Assembly (NCBI RefSeq): GCF_009914755.1
Contig: NC_060927.1
Length of the DNA: 64,000 nucleotides
Strand: one strand, 5' to 3'
Origin: the human T2T-CHM13v2.0 reference genome, Homo sapiens
Under the pieces are notes generated by a model. The model was not told where the DNA came from, did not search any database, and worked only from the letters and a program-made list of their open reading frames with translations. Position 1 is the stretch's first letter. The number at the start of each line of letters is the position of its first letter. Position numbers and translations under genes: made by a program. Positions 57,270 through 64,000 of the stretch are shown piece after piece.

Positions 57270-58039
57270 TGATAAAAGAAAAGCTTTATTACATTTATCT
57301 TTTAAAGAATTTATTAAAGCATTCAGTGACTCATGAATCAAGGCAGCTTCAGACCACAAGTGGTTAGCACTCTGCCAGGAGGGGCAAAAGGGGAAACTTT
57401 TCTGAAGGGTTTGCAGAAGCACGACAAACAAAACAACTTTGGTTAGAATGGAAAGTTCCTAGTTAGAAGTTAGTTAGTAATTTCTTTTCTTTCTTTCTTT
57501 CCTTTTCTTTGGGGGTTGGGGTTCTTATTTCGGGTGCTGTATTTGAAAATATATTATAACACAAATACATTGTATAACTTCATGTAAAATGGATCTGGTT
57601 TTCCAATATGACAGGGTACAAGTCTCAAATCTAATTCTCCACCTCGCTTTCAGTCAATGATAGCCTCTGTTTTCAGAGAAAAGAACACCCTCATTCGCTT
57701 GCTCCCTCAGCTTCCTGGCCAACAATTCACTATCTTGCCTGCATTATTTTCCATCCCTTCGAGATTTATTTCTGTCCATGGAAAGTGGTGTTTAGTCCTT
57801 TATCTAAAGTTACTCTCTTCCTAAATTGGTTTCCTTACCTTCTGCTCCCCATTTTTTTCCAGCATCTCCATTCTCTCCTTCTTTGCTTGCTTATTCCCAC
57901 AGTTAGTGATTTCTGATTGGTAGAGTTACCCTAGTTTCCATTTACTGTTTACATTGGGCTTTGATTTGTTCACCAAAGAATTTGAAGTGCCAGAGCCACC
58001 CCAGTCTAAAGGTCTCTAAATTCGATTAAAAAAAAAACA
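57270..58039 (-). mobile_element. MER93-like ERV1 LTR split by a 415-bp insertion
   Basis: Reverse complement ...tgtaaacagtaaatggaaact...ccaatcagaaatcactaact / aactaacttctaactaggaactttcc...aaaagtttcccct matches MER93 as recalled; the halves rejoin across the TSD. Confidence 0.75.
57486..57900 (-). pseudogene. L1-mediated retrocopy of non-autonomous RNA (orphan transduction or processed RNA fragment) containing an L2 fragment
   Basis: TSD agttagt(a/g)atttct at 57472-57485 and 57901-57914; decayed poly(A) seen as a T-rich tract at 57486-57510; L2-like sequence at about 57645-57900. Confidence 0.7.
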
Positions 58040-58359
58040 GTATGTTTAAATGAAAAAGACTAGAAAACAACATATCTGAGAGGATGATGTATGATGACTT
58101 TTCACAATGAAACTCGTCTGTCAGATGGGGTTTGTGGATATCTATTACATGTTATCTCCTAAATATCTGCAGGGAGGACCCTGTGCATAGTCACATGGAA
58201 AGGCACATTCTTTAAAAATGTTGATTGTAAATATTCAGATACATCCAATGTGCTGGGAGGAAATAATTATTACTGTTTAAGGTATTACCATTTTCATACA
58301 ATTTTAAGGACTTTCAGAGTGCTTCAGCTGTTTGGAGCTTGATTCGAGGGAAATTGAGC

Positions 58360-58391
<32 letters not shown>

Positions 58392-58399
58392 GTATGTGT
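58360..58399. repeat. (GT)n microsatellite
   Basis: Read directly. Confidence 0.95.
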
Positions 58400-58466
58400 A
58401 CGTCTTAAAACTTTCTGTTCCCAAGGTTCTACATAACTGTCCTCCTAGCTCATATGGAAAATGTTT

Positions 58467-58841
58467 TGTCTTAGTCTGTTCAGGCTGCTATAACAAAATG
58501 CCATAAATTGAGTAGCTTATAAATAACAAAAATTTATTTTTCATCGTTCTGGAGGATGGGAAGTCTAAGATCAAGGTGCTAGTATATTGAGTATCTGGTG
58601 AGAACCGACTTCCTGGTTCACAGATGACTGTCTTTTCATTGTAATTTCACATGGCATAAAAGGAGGGATGGCCTCTTTGGGACCTTTATTTTTTTTTAAT
58701 AAGGATATTAATCCCTCTCATAAATTCTCTGCCCTCATAACCTAATTATCTCCCAAATGACCCATCTTTTAAAACGATCCATTGAGGATTAGGATATTAA
58801 TATATAAATTTTGTAGGGACATAAACATTTAGAACACTGCA
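58467..58841 (-). mobile_element. MLT1A-like LTR
   Basis: tgtcttagtctgttcaggctgctataacaaaatgccata ... gggacataaacatttaga.cactgca. Confidence 0.9.
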
Positions 58842-59669
58842 GGCTTGTTTTCTGCAAAGCAAAATGTGTAGGTGGTTCATATCTTCCCATCGCTGCTATC
58901 ACCTCCATGTATAAATGACTTAGCCTTGTGGCAAAACTCTAATTCTATCCACCATGAAATGTTTCTTCTAGTATATATAAAAGAAACTCTAGAATATTCC
59001 TGTTCATTTTTAATGGAATGAAAATAATTTACATGAACTTAGGATACTTTTTCAACTCTCTATAGCCACATAAAACTGGCCAAATCAGCTCATGCCCTTT
59101 AGGAAATAAGAGAACAAGATAGATGAAAATCAAACCAATAAATGTGTTGTGAAATTATATATATGGAAATTAAGTAGGGAGATCTAGACAGTAATTTCCT
59201 AAACACACCATTTTTAGACTTAGTATTTCTTATAGACATCACCTTTTCTTTTTCTTGTGGTTGGAAGAAAATTAAAATTGAAAGAGCAAGCTTTATGTTC
59301 ACATTTTTAAGAATGCATTTGGAAAAGAAAACAAACAAAAATTTTGATTTTTTTTAAAGTGGGATTAAGTTAAGGTATGTCAACTGGGAGTGGACAGGAA
59401 GTTGAATTATTGATATTGGCTTGGCAATCCTTGAATAGTGGATTCAAGGAATGAACAATATCATCTTTCAACAGCCTCAAAAAAAGACCCAGATGACCTG
59501 ATGGAGAAAAAGACTATATCAAACTTAAAATATGTTCTGCCATGTTTATTTGAATTCACTGCAACTACTGAGCTACAAACATGTGGACAAGTAGACAACT
59601 AGAAATCTGAAAGGAAACTGAACTTACTTCAAAGGAGGATCAGTAGGAGAGTACAAAGAATGTAAATCA

Positions 59670-59840
59670 GCACTTGTTGGGGAACTAAATGCTAGAACCA
59701 ATGCTAGTCACTTTACATTCAAGTGACATTTAAAAGTCACAATAATGCTACAGGTTATGTATTATGGTTCCTATTTGAGATGAGAAAATAGAGGCTCAGA
59801 GATTGTAAATAATTTGCCACAAATCACATAACTTGTCAAT
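59670..59840 (-). mobile_element. MIR
   Basis: cctatttgagatgagaaaatagaggctcagaga..gtaaataatttgcc..aaatcaca is the MIR core in antisense. Confidence 0.75.
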
Positions 59841-60496
59841 CGTGATGGCGTTTAGTATTTCATGACATCATGCCAGAGAAACAATAGACCCCAGTATATA
59901 TGAGTTCTTTTAATGCTACGTAGACATAGGTGGCAATTTGCTGTCATATTAGGAAGATAAAAAGTAGGGATTTTTTTATTTGCTTTAAGTTTTCTTATGT
60001 CTCCTGGTAAATAATATTATTTCTACTCCAGAAACCACAAAGAATTCTTGACTGTTCCTTAAGAGTCCAAGTAAGTTTTAGGTGAACACACTTCTTTTGA
60101 TCTTTCCAGTATTAATACAAATTACTCATCCTGAAAGATCAATAATTATTGGCTTTTTTTTTTAGTTCCTAGGTCTGTGTTTCATGATGAGTCAATATGA
60201 TGTGTTAGCACAGCACCATGAAAATGATGTGAAATGGCATCAGGGACTCGTGACTGATGGCCAGAAACCTAGCCAATTATGGGAAAAATTTTTTTCTCAA
60301 GAAGTCAGGAAAAGAAATGTCACCTTACATGCCAGAAGAAAACATCATGCTTCTTTGAAAGAAACTCATCCTAACAAAGCATTATTGAGTCATTGATGCC
60401 AGCTCAAAGCCTCATGCAGAAATCTAGTATGATGTTCCTTGTCCTTTTAGTTTTGGGACAAATGACCCAAATACATTCTCATAATTATCACGCTGA

Positions 60497-60830
<334 letters not shown>

Positions 60831-61904
60831 TGGTTCTCTCTTGTTCTTATGTTTAATGAGTGTCAACAAATGCTACTGGAAGCAACAACTCTTCCTCATT
60901 AAACAAATGGCATCTTTCCAATCATTTAATTTGTAAAGTGTGAATTTCTCCTGAAGCAGATCTCTTCTCTTTCTCCAACCTGCACTTACGTCATGGCTCA
61001 GTCATTCAAAACTGTTACTAAAAATTTATACTCAGAGTCAAAGGCAGTGTATGTTTTACAGCATACACAACATCTAAAAGGGACAATATAATCTAAATAT
61101 TTTCTATTACTCTATTAATATTGCTAGGTTTTCTCACTCATCCTATTATAGATCAGAAAAATAACAAGCTTATTTTCCCATCCTTGACTAGTTTTCTTCC
61201 TGTCACTTATCTGTGCTTTCATTCATTGGAAACATAGTTATCAAACACCAGATAGAAGTGTGCCAATCACCATCCCAGTCCCTGGGAGCCCAGACAAGAA
61301 GGAACTCTGCATGTCAGAGTCTCATACTCCAGTTAGGTAGACAAATACCCAAACAGACAATTACCAAGCACGTGTATGCACACTACAAACCAATGGCAGG
61401 AACCCCAACTATTGTTTTTCTGGAGGAGATAACATACTGAATTTTGATGAAATTAACATTTAAATTTTTACCTGGAGATAAATTTTTACCAACAGGGGTT
61501 TCCGAGATGAGTTCTCCCCAAACTATTTGCGACGTGGTGAAGAACCAATCGTTTTGTTTGTCTATTTTGTTTTGTTTATCTAACCCATTGCGGGATGCCA
61601 CTTTCATACAATACAATAAAAATATCTCAGCAATATCAAATTGCTGTGGCATTATGTACTTATCTCACTAAGATCTGTAACCAGTGGTTTCCTGACTGAC
61701 ATTAGCCCACAGAGCCAAATTTGAGTACTGCGAACTTTGTTTACCAGGCTCAGAAACATAAGTTGCAATACATGGCTTTATTTCAGTGGCATGGAGAGGA
61801 CAAGCTGAAGAATTTCCAGCTGTTCCCTCCTCCTCCAGAAATAGTATTAACTAACAATTCCATAGCACTCTTCACCACAGGCACTCTTCACCACAAGCTC
61901 TGAA

Positions 61905-62010
61905 TATCAGTGTCCCCATTTCACAGATAAAGATACTGAGATCACACAGCAAGGAAATGCCGGAAGTGGGATACAAACCTAGAAACTCCAGTTCTGATCA
62001 CTAAGCTATG
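61905..62010 (-). mobile_element. MIR fragment
   Basis: ccccatttcacagataaagatactgag...tcacacagc. Confidence 0.55.
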
Positions 62011-62178
62011 CCACAGGGTGAGGGCATGACCTGACCATTTGGAGGGAGGTTTCCTCTCTTCAAATGAGAAGCCCAATTTTATCTTTCTGATTTTCACAGA
62101 ATATATTTATTCCCATGAAAGTGTGAGTTGTGTGCTTAAGTGAAAAGGAGTGGCATTATAATAGCGAGTAATTTTTCT

Positions 62179-62475
<297 letters not shown>

Positions 62476-62633
62476 AATAGTGAACAATTTTTCTAAAATG
62501 AAAGATTTACTGTCCAAGTAGGTTGATGAACTAAAGTCATTCAAATAATATTTAGTTTCTTCACCAAGTGTGCCAGTATGCTGTGGGAGTACAATGTTCA
62601 TATGAACATGCAGAAGAGGCATTTCCTGTCCTT

Positions 62634-63041
62634 TGCGATAGTTTTGTGTGTCAACTGGGCTATTGTTATTTAATCAAACACTATTCTAGATGTTGCTGTG
62701 ACCACGTATTTTGTAGATGCGGTTGACTTTGAGTAATGATGACCCTTAATAATGTGGGTATGACTCGTTCAATCAGTTAGAAGGCCTTTAGAGTAAGACT
62801 GAGGTTTCCTTAAAGTGGAAGAAATTCTGCCTCAAGACTGCAACGTCAGCTCTTGCCTGAGAATTTCCAGCCTACTGGCCTGCCATACAAGTTTTGGACT
62901 TGCCAGCCCTCACAAGTGCATAAGCCAATTTCCTGAAACAAATATCTTTGTATAAATATATGTAAGTGTGCATATATACACACACACACATACACAACTG
63001 GTTCTGTTTTGCTGAAGAACACAATCCAACCTGGTTATAAC
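62634..63041 (+). mobile_element. MLT2D-like LTR
   Basis: tgtgtcaactgggct...aatcaaacacta.tctagatgttgctgtga...gaagaaattctgcctcaagactgca...tggttctgttt. Confidence 0.88.
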
Positions 63042-63096
63042 ATAACTTATTTAATTTTCTTAAACACTATTAAGATATCTGTTAGGAAGTCTTCCA

Positions 63097-63145
63097 TATA
63101 TATATGTGTGTGTGTATATATATATATATGTATACACACATATAT
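63097..63145. repeat. Compound (TA)n/(TG)n/(CA)n microsatellite
   Basis: Read directly. Confidence 0.85.
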
Positions 63146-64000
63146 TAAATTCAACTTAAAGCTTTTTATATTCTCTTTATATCTTCTTTAAATTTAATTT
63201 TTAATGACAAAATTGTCTTCTCATGCTCAGAAAAAAAACAGGATAAATTCTAGGTTTGAAACTCAGTTCTACATTTTAACCTGTGCTGACGACTTTAAAA
63301 TACTCAACTTGTACCTGTTCATTAATATTTTTATTTAGAAAATAAATAGAACTAATATGTCTATATTACTAAGTTATAAAAAAGGATTAGATTCTCTTTT
63401 TTTGGTACCTCAATTTTCTCCTCTGTTTAATAGCAATAAAACTTGTCAACTTTCTGCCTTAGAAAAATATATTTTTTTAAATACCCAAATATTCAGAGAA
63501 AAGTTATAAATGCATAGGAAAAAGCACCATTTATATTCAAATAATTACTAAACGTTTTTAAAAATCTGATACACACAAAAAATGTGAAAGTAAACACAGT
63601 CAATTGTTTTATCACTGTTATAATTAATGATTTTTTAAATAATTAAAACTTCAAACCTTCAGGATTTGTACAGTGAATTTGTATTGCACTTTAGGTTTTA
63701 TAATTTAAAGATAATTTTTTGGAAAGTAAATTGCAAAAACTATATCATTTTCTTTATCTTAATTTAAAAAGTCAGCCATCAATGGCCAGACACCAATCTT
63801 GGTGTGTATACTTTTGAAGTTATCCTGTTCACTCTGGAAAGATTTATATCAAATACCTTCTAAGGTGAAAAGTTATTTATAGATTATTGAAAGTATGTGT
63901 GACAGAAGACTTTTTAGTAAAATACAAATTATTCCAATAGTTAAGAACAGTTATTACTTTAGTGAAATATAATATACTCTCTCTTTTAAAATTCTTGCCC

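Noticed and set aside
60184-60257. Box C (atgatga) and box D (ctga) about 70 nt apart, like a C/D snoRNA
   Set aside because: No terminal stem and no recognisable rRNA/snRNA antisense element; such motifs are common by chance.

Overview
AT-rich, CpG-poor, repeat-dense primate genomic DNA. AluY-type and young L1PA copies point to a catarrhine/hominoid genome, probably human. I can support no protein-coding host gene, tRNA/rRNA gene or CRISPR-like array. The informative ORFs in the track are broken L1 ORF1/ORF2, MaLR-internal or Alu-derived frames. The window is built from three nested transposon stacks: (1) a two-LTR MaLR (5.3-11.3 kb) split by an L1PA that keeps both termini but lacks ORF1 and the endonuclease; (2) a long L2 relic (24.4-29.5 kb) split by MLT1 LTRs and an L1; (3) a minus-strand MER65-type ERV1 provirus (about 32.5-47.7 kb) with an intact tRNA-Leu primer-binding site, containing THE1, Alus, an L1MA and a full-length L1PB. 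I found no new multi-gene biological system. The most unusual signals are sequence-transfer events read directly from the sequence: a 67-bp templated copy of a nearby THE1 LTR pasted into an MLT1 with iterative microhomology junctions (23.8 kb); a 415-bp TSD-flanked, poly(A)-tailed retrocopy of non-autonomous RNA carrying L2 sequence inside a younger MER93 LTR (57.5 kb); and an L1MA whose RT core is replaced by L1 5'UTR-type sequence (37.1 kb). There is also a tentative minus-strand spliced non-coding transcript (12-19 kb). Repeat family names come from my recall of consensus sequences, so subfamily labels and boundaries lacking TSD support are approximate.
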